From a virus, in the IMG/VR virus record IMGVR_UViG_3300023216_001723, positions 1 through 6,282 of that record: a stretch of 6,282 bases of DNA. The stretch is one strand, 5' to 3'. Positions 1 through 5,576 of this stretch are shown in pieces. Made by a program: the position numbers and the translations under genes. Under the pieces are notes generated by a model. The model searched no databases. It was not told the origin of the DNA and saw only the letters and a program-made list of their open reading frames with translations. How positions within the stretch are numbered: position 1 is the first letter of the stretch; every line of letters begins with the position of its first letter.

Positions 1-24
1 AAATAAAAGGGGCCGCAAGGCCCC
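1..24 (-). terminator. Rho-independent terminator of the minus-strand structural operon (copy 1)
   Basis: Stem GGGGCC (9-14), loop GCAA (15-18), stem GGCCCC (19-24). On the minus strand the hairpin is followed by TTTTATTT (complement of 1-8). On the plus strand the 3' flank is TATCAGTT, which is a poor terminator tail. Confidence 0.7.
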
Positions 25-26
25 TA

Positions 27-218
27 TCAGTTCGCACAATGGACATTATGTGTAAATCCGGGCCACGGCCCCGACATTGTCCGCGTCCCGGATTCGGGCG
101 CCTGCCCGCCTTTCAGATAACATAATGTTTTCACATTATGCGCACTGAAAAAACGGGACGTGTGCGGCGACGATGGCAGATGCTTTTCAGTGAGACGACT
201 CGCAGGCTCGCTGCTCAC
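27..218 (-). CDS. Doubtful 63-aa ORF downstream of zot (hypothetical)
   Basis: For: the GTG start overlaps the zot TGA (GTGA), and the ORF ends 2 nt before the terminator hairpin. Against: there is no Shine-Dalgarno sequence, the product is S/P/H/T/G-rich with no hydrophobic core, and the ORF runs through both dif-like sites and the hairpins. An open frame of this length is not rare by chance. Confidence 0.2.
   Translation of the reverse strand: MSSEPASRLTEKHLPSSPHTSRFFSAHNVKTLCYLKGGQAPESGTRTMSGPWPGFTHNVHCAN
29..57 (+). other. dif-like XerC/XerD site A (11-6-11 layout), attP candidate
   Basis: The site reads AGTTCGCACAA-TGGACA-TTATGTGTAAA(T). E. coli dif, recalled from the literature, is GGTGCGCATAA-TGTATA-TTATGTTAAAT. 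The left arm matches 8/11. The right arm matches 8/11, or all 11 dif positions if one inserted G is allowed. A second copy lies at 6167-6195. Confidence 0.5.
115..146 (-). other. dif-like XerC/XerD site B, inverted relative to site A, with a 10-bp central region
   Basis: The minus strand reads AGTGCGCATAA-TGTGAAAACA-TTATGTTATCT. The XerC-type arm matches E. coli dif 10/11 and the XerD-type arm 9/11. The spacer is 10 bp instead of 6. A second copy starts at 6253 and is cut by the window end. Confidence 0.55.
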
Positions 219-224
219 TGAAAA
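143..224. repeat. CACTGAAAA motif cluster: two direct copies, one inverted copy, and two hairpins
   Basis: CACTGAAAA lies at 143-151 and 216-224, and its reverse complement TTTTCAGTG at 184-192. Segment 143-151 can pair with 184-192, giving a 9-bp stem. CAGTGAG (188-194) can pair with CTCACTG (214-220), a stem that spans the zot stop codon. Confidence 0.6.
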
Positions 225-1396
225 GAATCAGCCACATCGCCTACGTATGAGCGATCTAACTGATCTATTCGTTCAGGTTCTTTGTAACTGTAGTACGTGA
301 CCATCTTTCCCTCGATCACGCAGAAAGGTTCACCAGTGCGGCGGGTTTTGGCACAAATGCGCGAATGGATCTTTCTGGTACCGGTTTCGCCCCATATCCA
401 ATACACGCCGTTGACCTCGCCAACGATGCGCCATTTATCAGACAGCGGGAGAAACTCTCCCTCGATTTCGAACTTGCTCTGATAGGTTTCCCGGAGTGTC
501 CGGGTTTCATCGTCACGGCGTATGACCGCCTTCTGAAGCGTGCCCGATCCGGCAGGCTGCACTGGTTGTTCCTGTACGGGTTCGGGCTTGGAACTACCGC
601 CAAGATCACGATTAAAGTAGCCATAGACGTTCCAGACGCCCCAGCCGATCAGGAGGAAGGCAGCAGGCATGACGTAACGGATAAACGGGCTTTTCCAAAT
701 GTTCGCCCGATCATCGGCCTTTTCTTCCATGCCAGCCGCAAAATCCGTCTTGTTCTTCGTGTGCGACCGGTAATATTTGTAAATCTCCGGCTTGTACCTG
801 CCAAACAGCTGACGCAACGGCTGGCCGCCCTGGCTAAGCTTGTGCGGGCCGGTATGGACATCAACACGAAACTTCTTATTGGAACCAAGCGCGGTCAGCT
901 TGCGGGCCGTGTACGTTTCTTCTACCAGATCACGAATGCACGACGCCACCTGCTGCAAATCCTGAGTGACGAGAACAATCTCGTTGGTTCTGCCGTCCGG
1001 GCCAACACAGTGACGATGCTCAGTGAAGAACTGCATCTCCTTTTCAGGGATGGCGCTGGCCTTGGTGCCGTTCTTCCAGTATCTCCACGCCTCATCAATG
1101 ACCCATATCACGCCCTGTTCATGGCGGTCGAGATCCCAAAAGTTGCTGACCAAAACCTGCCGCTTGCGGCCATTGATTTCCCGCTCTTCGTAGACGTTCC
1201 ACTCTTCGCTCAGAGGTTCGCGGACTTCAAACGAAATGAGCTTGCCCTTTGGATAATCTTCCTCAAGATAGCCCTTACGTACGGGAATGTTCGTTATCAC
1301 TGTCCTGCCCTGCTCCAGCGCCGGGAGGATCACATTTTCAACGACTCCGTAAGACTTACCGGAGCCCGGAAGGCCTGTGTAAGCAATAATGGACAT
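215..1396 (-). CDS. zot: Zot-family / pI-like phage assembly ATPase (zonula occludens toxin-like protein)
   Basis: 393 aa. The N-terminal Walker A is GLPGSGKS (residues 8-15) and the Walker B is VIWVIDEAW. One central TM segment (FIRYVMPAAFLLIGWGVWNVYGY, about 237-259) is followed by a C-terminal domain. It is the last gene of the structural operon, and its ATG overlaps the upstream stop (TAATG at 1396). Confidence 0.9.
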   Translation of the reverse strand: MSIIAYTGLPGSGKSYGVVENVILPALEQGRTVITNIPVRKGYLEEDYPKGKLISFEVREPLSEEWNVYEEREINGRKRQVLVSNFWDLDRHEQGVIWVIDEAWRYWKNGTKASAIPEKEMQFFTEHRHCVGPDGRTNEIVLVTQDLQQVASCIRDLVEETYTARKLTALGSNKKFRVDVHTGPHKLSQGGQPLRQLFGRYKPEIYKYYRSHTKNKTDFAAGMEEKADDRANIWKSPFIRYVMPAAFLLIGWGVWNVYGYFNRDLGGSSKPEPVQEQPVQPAGSGTLQKAVIRRDDETRTLRETYQSKFEIEGEFLPLSDKWRIVGEVNGVYWIWGETGTRKIHSRICAKTRRTGEPFCVIEGKMVTYYSYKEPERIDQLDRSYVGDVADSFQ

Positions 1397-1665
1397 TAGC
1401 CGATCACCGGTATTCGACGAAGGGCAAAGCGCGCGATCAGGGCACCGAAGACGACAGAGAGCCCGTAGTTAACCTCGAATAGCGTTGTGAAATACACCAG
1501 ATCACCGGGAAGGCCTTGGAATGTGGTTTGTATCTGGCCAGAGAGATCCGGCAATTTCGTCATGGAGTATTCGACGAGATCCGCAAGATTCCGAAAAATG
1601 AACCTCGGCAGCCAGAGTATGCAGGTCAGAAACCAGTCGAGAATAAACTGTCCAAATTCTTCCAT
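1396..1665 (-). CDS. Small membrane protein, pVI / Ace positional analogue (minor coat protein candidate)
   Basis: 89 aa counted from ATG 1665 (MEEFGQF...). The start lies 2 nt after the pIII-like stop (TGATAATG), with GAGG about 9 nt upstream. Hydrophobic segments occur at both ends. The gene sits between the pIII-like and Zot-like genes, as gene VI does in Ff and ace in CTXphi. The ORF-track start at 1707 would overlap the previous gene by 40 nt and is less likely. Confidence 0.75.
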   Translation of the reverse strand: MEEFGQFILDWFLTCILWLPRFIFRNLADLVEYSMTKLPDLSGQIQTTFQGLPGDLVYFTTLFEVNYGLSVVFGALIARFALRRIPVIG

Positions 1666-1667
1666 TA

Positions 1668-3023
1668 TCAGGCCCTCAGAAATACCGCGATTGCAGTAAG
1701 CGACCACACAGCAACCATGATCAGAGACAGGATTGAGCGATTTTCTTCAAGGATGATGCAGTGCATATCCATGGTGAGCGATTCCGTCCACTTGGTGGCC
1801 GGGATGGTATAAATCGGGCATGACGTAACAGATGGCAATTGAGGGATGGTCGTAAAGGCGTCAACCGTTGGATGGCCGAAAATAGCGGAATTCATGCGGT
1901 CAAGACTGGCCGTAATGGTGCCTTCTTCTGGCAGGTTCGGGCCGGTGGCATTGTCGCTGATATCCAGTTTTTCATTGATCTGACGAGTAAAGCCGACAAT
2001 CTCACCAATACCTTTTGAGTTGTTCTCCAATTCTTTCCCGATATCGTCCAAACGATCATTTGTACCCTTGCCGATCTTCTCCAGATTGCCAAGTGACTTG
2101 TTAGCTTGATCCTGACCTTGGTTGAGATCATCCAACTGCTTACGGTTTATATTGGGATCATTGTCAGGGTTGTATTCATCCGGCTGACCGTCACCGTCAG
2201 TATCAGTATTCGGATCTTCAGGGGTTGGCTGCTCTTCAGGAGTATCATCAAGCCCGGCACAGATAACGCCGTATTCATCAATAATGAAAATTTCATCGGC
2301 TGCACATTCATTCTGCTCGCCGTAATTATCCGCTATGCAACGAAGCTCGCCATTGACAAGGCCTACCTTTCCGGGCGAACCGTCAGCGCATTGATCAAAA
2401 TCACCACAAGCGGGAATAACAGGCTTACCGTAACCCTGGACTAATACGCCACGGTAATCAGGGGAATCTTTGTTGCATTCTTTCTCTGGCTCTGGAGGAG
2501 GAAGGCAAACACCGTTGAACATACCGTGTTCGCATTCTTCGGAACAAAACGAACCTTGAGGAGTCTGCGTTTCTGCAAGACCTAGATCAGAACATTCGCC
2601 AGGCTCACGATTGCGCATACATTCGAAAGGAGCACCGTAAGAGGAATCAACCAAAATGTAACCAAGCGAACATTGACCACACAAACTCTCGTCAATAGTG
2701 CCGCCGGGTTCGTGATTTAGTTGTTCACACTCTGGGGGATCGAAATACCAAACGACATAACGATATTGACCATACTTCTCGCCAGACTCGCCTTGACATC
2801 CCTGAGGATACTGAGAGTTACAAGCAGCCAATACATCACTTAGCTTCGAAGATGCCTGTTCAAGTGAGGATGCTGTATTTTTGGTATATATAATGGCGTT
2901 ATCGGGCTCATTGAGCCAAGCAGCAGAGACAAAAGGCGGGAACAAAGAGAGCAGCAGGATCAGAGATCTTTGAAGAGATACCATACTGGCATAGCCCCCA
3001 TGATGAAGAACGTCCAATCCCAC
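1668..3023 (-). CDS. pIII-like minor coat / host adsorption protein
   Basis: 451 aa. The signal peptide is MVSLQRSLILLLSLFPPFVSA|A, so ATG 2984 is an alternative start; GTG 3023 is preceded by AGGTGGGAG. Architecture: a 16-Cys N-terminal region (residues about 67-256), an acidic D/P/N/T linker (about 259-291), a polar helical region, and a C-terminal hydrophobic anchor ILSLIMVAVWSLTAIAVFLRA. It lies immediately after the major coat gene. Confidence 0.85.
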   Translation of the reverse strand: MGLDVLHHGGYASMVSLQRSLILLLSLFPPFVSAAWLNEPDNAIIYTKNTASSLEQASSKLSDVLAACNSQYPQGCQGESGEKYGQYRYVVWYFDPPECEQLNHEPGGTIDESLCGQCSLGYILVDSSYGAPFECMRNREPGECSDLGLAETQTPQGSFCSEECEHGMFNGVCLPPPEPEKECNKDSPDYRGVLVQGYGKPVIPACGDFDQCADGSPGKVGLVNGELRCIADNYGEQNECAADEIFIIDEYGVICAGLDDTPEEQPTPEDPNTDTDGDGQPDEYNPDNDPNINRKQLDDLNQGQDQANKSLGNLEKIGKGTNDRLDDIGKELENNSKGIGEIVGFTRQINEKLDISDNATGPNLPEEGTITASLDRMNSAIFGHPTVDAFTTIPQLPSVTSCPIYTIPATKWTESLTMDMHCIILEENRSILSLIMVAVWSLTAIAVFLRA

Positions 3024-3042
3024 AGCTCTCCCACCTGCTACC

Positions 3043-3291
3043 TCACTTTTTCTTGATAGTAGACAGGATCAGTGCAGCACCGGTCATTACGATCAGAACA
3101 CCAGCGATAACGCCGACGATGGCCTGAATGCCGGTGATTTCACCGGAGTAATCAACCGCGCTTGTGACTGTTGACCAGTCAGCCGCGTTAACGGCAGCGC
3201 CGTATGCCGCGAGACCAACGGCACCAGCAGCCTGTTTCATACGGGTAGTGAATTTGCGTGCTTTTGCGACTTCGAACTTACGTGCGTTCAT
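3043..3291 (-). CDS. Major coat protein precursor (pVIII-like, Pf1-type architecture)
   Basis: 82 aa from ATG 3291, with GGAGG 8 nt upstream. A basic leader ends in VNA|A. The predicted 46-aa mature peptide is ADWSTVTSAVDYSGEITGIQAIVGVIAGVLIVMTGAALILSTIKKK, with an acidic N-terminus, a hydrophobic helix and a KKK tail. The upstream 61 codons of ORF 3043-3474 lie in a different frame over the better-supported 3309-3524 CDS. Confidence 0.9.
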   Translation of the reverse strand: MNARKFEVAKARKFTTRMKQAAGAVGLAAYGAAVNAADWSTVTSAVDYSGEITGIQAIVGVIAGVLIVMTGAALILSTIKKK

Positions 3292-3308
3292 AGCTTTGCC
3301 CTCCAGGG

Positions 3309-3524
3309 CTATCTGCGTAGAATTTGCTTGAGGATTAACCGGCCGCCGAAGACCGTAGCCATCACGGCGACGTTTGCAGAGAAGCCCTGAAATATCGCTT
3401 CCATTGCCATCTCTGCCGTATATTCCACAGGTGCGGAATACACGATCTGTGTGACCGTGCCGGCGCACTCCCAAGCAGCGCCCGAGAGTGTCCAGTCACC
3501 ATCACACAAGATCAGTTTGCTCAC
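3309..3524 (-). CDS. Hypothetical small protein, candidate minor virion or membrane protein
   Basis: 71 aa. GTG start with GGAGG 7 nt upstream; the start overlaps the stop of the preceding small ORF (GTGA). The C-terminal hydrophobic stretch AIFQGFSANVAVMATVFGG is followed by a basic tail KQILRR. The stop lies 17 nt before the coat ATG. Confidence 0.65.
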   Translation of the reverse strand: MSKLILCDGDWTLSGAAWECAGTVTQIVYSAPVEYTAEMAMEAIFQGFSANVAVMATVFGGRLILKQILRR

Positions 3525-3682
3525 GGCATGACCTCCAACGGGCAGCCATGAACGTTGAGGTATTCGAGAACGGAGGATTCCAATTCATGGAGGGTGTGAG
3601 CCATGCCAACGAAATAGCCGACCGTGACAAACGCCATCACCAGACAAAAAGCCTCGAAATACCTCACGGGAGAACGTTTCAC
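3521..3682 (-). CDS. Small hydrophobic ORF absent from the ORF track (53 aa), candidate pVII/pIX-type or Psh-position protein
   Basis: My own translation gives (M)KRSPVRYFEAFCLVMAFVTVGYFVGMAHTLHELESSVLEYLNVHGCPLEVMP. GTG 3682 overlaps the ssb-like TGA (GTGA), and its own TGA overlaps the next GTG. A basic N-terminus precedes a TM-like segment. Alternative in-frame starts are GTG 3667 and ATG 3637. It fills an otherwise unexplained 154-nt gap in a tightly packed operon. Confidence 0.5.
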   Translation of the reverse strand: MKRSPVRYFEAFCLVMAFVTVGYFVGMAHTLHELESSVLEYLNVHGCPLEVMP

Positions 3683-3987
3683 TTTGTACCAACCGGCTTG
3701 CCGTCACCGGAGAACATCCACTGAACGTCAGCGGAGCCGTCACGGCGGGTAAACGTGTTCGGGAAAACATCAGCCATGACTTCCTGACCCTTGATGCGCT
3801 CATAGGCGGCCATCAATCCGGCTTCCTGCTGGCGACGGGTAATCTGGACTTCCTGAGTTTCCATTTCGCCTTCAAAGCCGCCCGTTTTGGGAGCCTGAAA
3901 GCCGACATAGAAATTGTCATACGCGCCGTTCTGACCGTTGCGTGTGACTGTCTTTACACCGAGGACTGTGCCTTTAATTTTGAACAT
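3679..3987 (-). CDS. Putative ssDNA-binding protein (gene V / RstB positional analogue)
   Basis: 102 aa from ATG 3987 (MFKIKGTVLGV...), with GGAG 9 nt upstream. It overlaps the rep stop by 14 nt. The size, the Gly/Val/Thr-rich composition suggesting beta structure, and the position right after rep fit inovirus ssDNA-binding proteins. The function is inferred from position and architecture only. The ORF-track start at 4071 lies deep inside rep and is unlikely. Confidence 0.7.
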   Translation of the reverse strand: MFKIKGTVLGVKTVTRNGQNGAYDNFYVGFQAPKTGGFEGEMETQEVQITRRQQEAGLMAAYERIKGQEVMADVFPNTFTRRDGSADVQWMFSGDGKPVGTK

Positions 3988-5122
3988 GAATATTGCTCCA
4001 GTGGTTGCGGCGCTGCTCTTGCCAATCAATAGACAATTCGCACGGCCTGACGACCGTATGCACCTGTTCATAAAGATGTGAGTAATTGAGCCGGTACGGC
4101 TCGATTTCTTCTGTTTTGGGTTCCTGAGTGACCCAAACTAATCGCCCTGGTACACCTTCACGCACCAACGCCGAGACGATCTGATCAGGGCTCATGCCCT
4201 TCTTTTGAAGCATGTAATTGACGAGAGCGCCGTACGCACGGCGGCCATGGCTGACGAGGTGCGCGTACTCGATGCGCTCCCGCTGCTTTTTCGACTGGAT
4301 GACTTCGCGGGCCTTGGAGATAAAAGACAGAACAGGGTAACCGCCTGAAAGGTATCGGCGGGGATATCTGAGAGCGTCCAAGGGAATGTCGATCTGCTTA
4401 GCGGATAGTTCAAGTTCCCACCGAACCCATGGAGAAATGGAATCCCCAAGTTGCTTGCCCTTTTCGTATACCCGAAGGTAGCGACCACTCTCACGGGAGC
4501 CAACGTACATGGTTCGCCCGTCGTTGCTTCCCATATCGTCAATAAACTGCCCTTTCGGGGGACGTCCGTTACCAGCAAAAAGCCCCGCGCTGTATGAATC
4601 TTTCGCGTAGTCAACGTCTCGCTGGCCTTGGTGGTCGTCATAAGCAATATCGATCCTTGTCAGCTTTGGGGAGTACTCAGCCAGCGGGCCAGTCAGCGCA
4701 CGGTAAACACGGCCCCAGTCAGTGACCTGTCTGCACCCTTCCCCGCTGATATACACCTGCACCCGCTCATGCCGGGTTTCGGTTTCGCCCTTGTGATTCA
4801 CCACTTTGTTGTTGCCGCCGAACGCGAGGAAACCGGCCCGGTTTTCAAGGCTGATCGAGTTTTGAAAGAAGTTGCGACCAGTGGTGAATTTTTCGGACAG
4901 GCTGAACACCCGATCACCGAAAATAGCCGTGAGGAAGGTTTGGAACGCAGCCCACAGAAAATGATTGTCGTTGGCTTGGGGCTCCTGCATACCCGATGCA
5001 ATGAGCTGCCAGTGAAACGGCGAGAGATCGACGACCGCAGCAAGATCAATGGTGAGCGAAAGCGTGTCAATCGACACTTCGCCCACATCGTGCTGACAAG
5101 AAGGATGATCTTGAACTACCAT
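3974..5122 (-). CDS. Rolling-circle replication initiation protein, Rep_trans (RstA-like) family
   Basis: 382 aa. It contains motifs I recognise from the Rep_trans / replication initiation factor family: LTRIDIAYDD, MYVGSRESGRYLRVYEKG and VRWELELS. It is the first gene of the operon. AAGGA lies about 9 nt upstream of the ATG. Confidence 0.88.
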   Translation of the reverse strand: MVVQDHPSCQHDVGEVSIDTLSLTIDLAAVVDLSPFHWQLIASGMQEPQANDNHFLWAAFQTFLTAIFGDRVFSLSEKFTTGRNFFQNSISLENRAGFLAFGGNNKVVNHKGETETRHERVQVYISGEGCRQVTDWGRVYRALTGPLAEYSPKLTRIDIAYDDHQGQRDVDYAKDSYSAGLFAGNGRPPKGQFIDDMGSNDGRTMYVGSRESGRYLRVYEKGKQLGDSISPWVRWELELSAKQIDIPLDALRYPRRYLSGGYPVLSFISKAREVIQSKKQRERIEYAHLVSHGRRAYGALVNYMLQKKGMSPDQIVSALVREGVPGRLVWVTQEPKTEEIEPYRLNYSHLYEQVHTVVRPCELSIDWQEQRRNHWSNIHVQN

Positions 5123-5165
5123 TGAGCCGTATCCTTAGCTGGGATATGTACCAAGCGATCAGGAG

Positions 5166-5209
5166 GGTTGCCGCCCTACCCGATCACCAAAGCCCTGTTG
5201 GTTGCCGCC
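5166..5209. repeat. Direct 10-mer repeat GGTTGCCGCC (x2) in the rep leader
   Basis: The copies lie at 5166-5175 and 5200-5209, 34 bp apart. In each copy TTGCCG can be the loop of a hairpin: AGGG/CCCT (4 bp) for the first and the 10-bp stem at 5192-5217 for the second. Confidence 0.6.
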
Positions 5210-5223
5210 AACGGGGCTTTTTT
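5192..5223 (+). other. Strong hairpin plus T6; terminator-like on the plus strand, weaker on the minus strand
   Basis: GCCCTGTTGG (5192-5201) pairs with CCAACGGGGC (5208-5217), giving 10 bp including one G-T/U pair, around loop TTGCCG, followed by TTTTTT (5218-5223). There is no plus-strand gene upstream. On the minus strand the stem has a C-A mismatch and the tail is TTTGGTG. It could be an attenuator or an origin element. Confidence 0.45.
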
Positions 5224-5271
5224 ATGCCCTACTGGTCTCAATCTGCAAAAATCACAAATCAAGGATGAGGC

Positions 5272-5302
5272 AATATTGCAGGAATCACATTCACAAAGTC
5301 AA
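5272..5302 (-). promoter_or_regulatory. Candidate rep operon promoter
   Basis: Read on the minus strand: -35 TTGACT (5302-5297) and an extended -10-like TGCAATATT (5280-5272). The spacer is long (19 nt to AATATT). It overlaps the second operator-like repeat. Identified by eye only. Confidence 0.3.
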
Positions 5303-5319
5303 CAATGCATTTCTAAATT
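5290..5319 (+). promoter_or_regulatory. Candidate promoter of the 74-aa regulator ORF
   Basis: -35 TTCACA (5290-5295), an 18-nt spacer, and -10 TAAATT (5314-5319), 33 nt upstream of ATG 5352. It lies back to back with the candidate rep promoter. Identified by eye only. Confidence 0.3.
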
Positions 5320-5351
5320 TATGTAAAACGCTGAAAATCACAGGTGCAAAC

Positions 5352-5576
5352 ATGACCGAGATCAGGAAGCCCGACCAAATGAGCGATGGCCACACAGTAA
5401 GAATCCGCGATCACAGATGGGAAAAAGTGAAAGACCATGCTTGGAAGCTTATGAATCAGAACAAAGAGATAGTGAAGCCAACAGACATCGTTGACGCCTG
5501 CATATGGCTTTACATCGACAAAATAACGATGGAAGACATTGAAAACGCAAAGAAAACACAGAATCCAGATGATTAA
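5352..5576 (+). CDS. Putative phage transcriptional regulator/repressor (RstR position), ribbon-helix-helix-like pattern
   Basis: 74 aa from ATG 5352 (MTEIRKPDQ...), with AGGTG 5 nt upstream. It is transcribed divergently from rep across a 229-bp control region. The sequence fits a strand-helix-helix layout: HTVRIRD, then HRWEKVKDHAWKLMNQ, then PTDIVDACIWLYIDKI, as in Arc/CopG-type proteins. The ORF-track TTG start at 5202 lies inside the hairpin and the promoter region and is rejected. Confidence 0.6.
   Translation: MTEIRKPDQMSDGHTVRIRDHRWEKVKDHAWKLMNQNKEIVKPTDIVDACIWLYIDKITMEDIENAKKTQNPDD

Larger units (their letters stand above)
1..144. repeat. Terminal direct repeat, copy 1 (exact match to 6139-6282)
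   Basis: Base-by-base comparison shows identity over all 144 nt. The repeat runs to the window edge, so its true length is unknown. Confidence 0.95.
5244..5342. promoter_or_regulatory. Operator-like repeats in the divergent rep/regulator control region
   Basis: AATCACA lies at 5250-5256, 5283-5289 and 5336-5342. The first two are embedded in 13-mers, TGCAAAAATCACA (5244-5256) and TGCAGGAATCACA (5277-5289), 33 bp apart. Degenerate tandem heptads follow them: AATCAAG at 5257-5263 and TTCACAA at 5290-5296. The third copy abuts the RBS of the 5352 ORF. Confidence 0.45.

Noticed and set aside
308-325. FCVIEG near the Zot C-terminus, superficially like the enterotoxic FCIGRL hexapeptide of V. cholerae Zot
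   Set aside because: Only the F-C and a loosely hydrophobic position are shared, and the GRL core needed for PAR2-like activity is absent. This gives no support for calling the protein a toxin instead of an assembly ATPase.
365-1399. 344-aa plus-strand ORF
   Set aside because: It is entirely antisense to the Zot/pI gene, which has clear Walker A/B motifs and operon coupling. The product is R/L/A-rich with no recognisable motifs and the ORF has no RBS, so it is a typical shadow ORF. The same applies to the overlapping short ORFs 297-482 (+), 316-624 (-) and 649-888 (-).
1487-2444. ORFs 1487-1699 (+), 1516-1812 (+), 1892-2131 (-) and 2106-2444 (+)
   Set aside because: They are alternative-frame or antisense ORFs within the pVI-like and pIII-like genes, with no start-site support.
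3292-3474. N-terminal 61-codon extension of the coat ORF (ORF-track start 3474)
   Set aside because: The extension overlaps the 71-aa CDS (3309-3524) in another frame, is R/G-rich, and has no RBS. ATG 3291 has a strong GGAGG and yields a canonical leader and coat protein.
3488-3724. 78-aa plus-strand ORF
   Set aside because: It is antisense to three coupled minus-strand genes, with no RBS and an H/R-rich composition.
3585-3803. 72-aa minus-strand ORF
   Set aside because: It overlaps the ssb-like CDS and the 53-aa ORF in another frame, and has no RBS and an S/R/T-rich composition.
3988-4071. Upstream extension of the ssb-like ORF to 4071
   Set aside because: It would overlap rep by 98 nt and add a Cys/Arg/Ser-rich non-protein-like N-terminus. 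ATG 3987 has a GGAG RBS.
4192-5125. ORFs 4192-4647 (-), 4798-5088 (-) and 4628-5125 (+) inside or opposite rep
   Set aside because: All are nested in or antisense to the Rep_trans-motif ORF, lack an RBS, and have low-complexity S/R/T/A-rich products.
5202-5351. TTG-start 50-codon extension of the regulator ORF
   Set aside because: The start codon lies in the loop of the 5192-5217 hairpin, and the extension would run through the T6 tract, the operator-like repeats and both candidate promoters. ATG 5352 has an AGGTG RBS.
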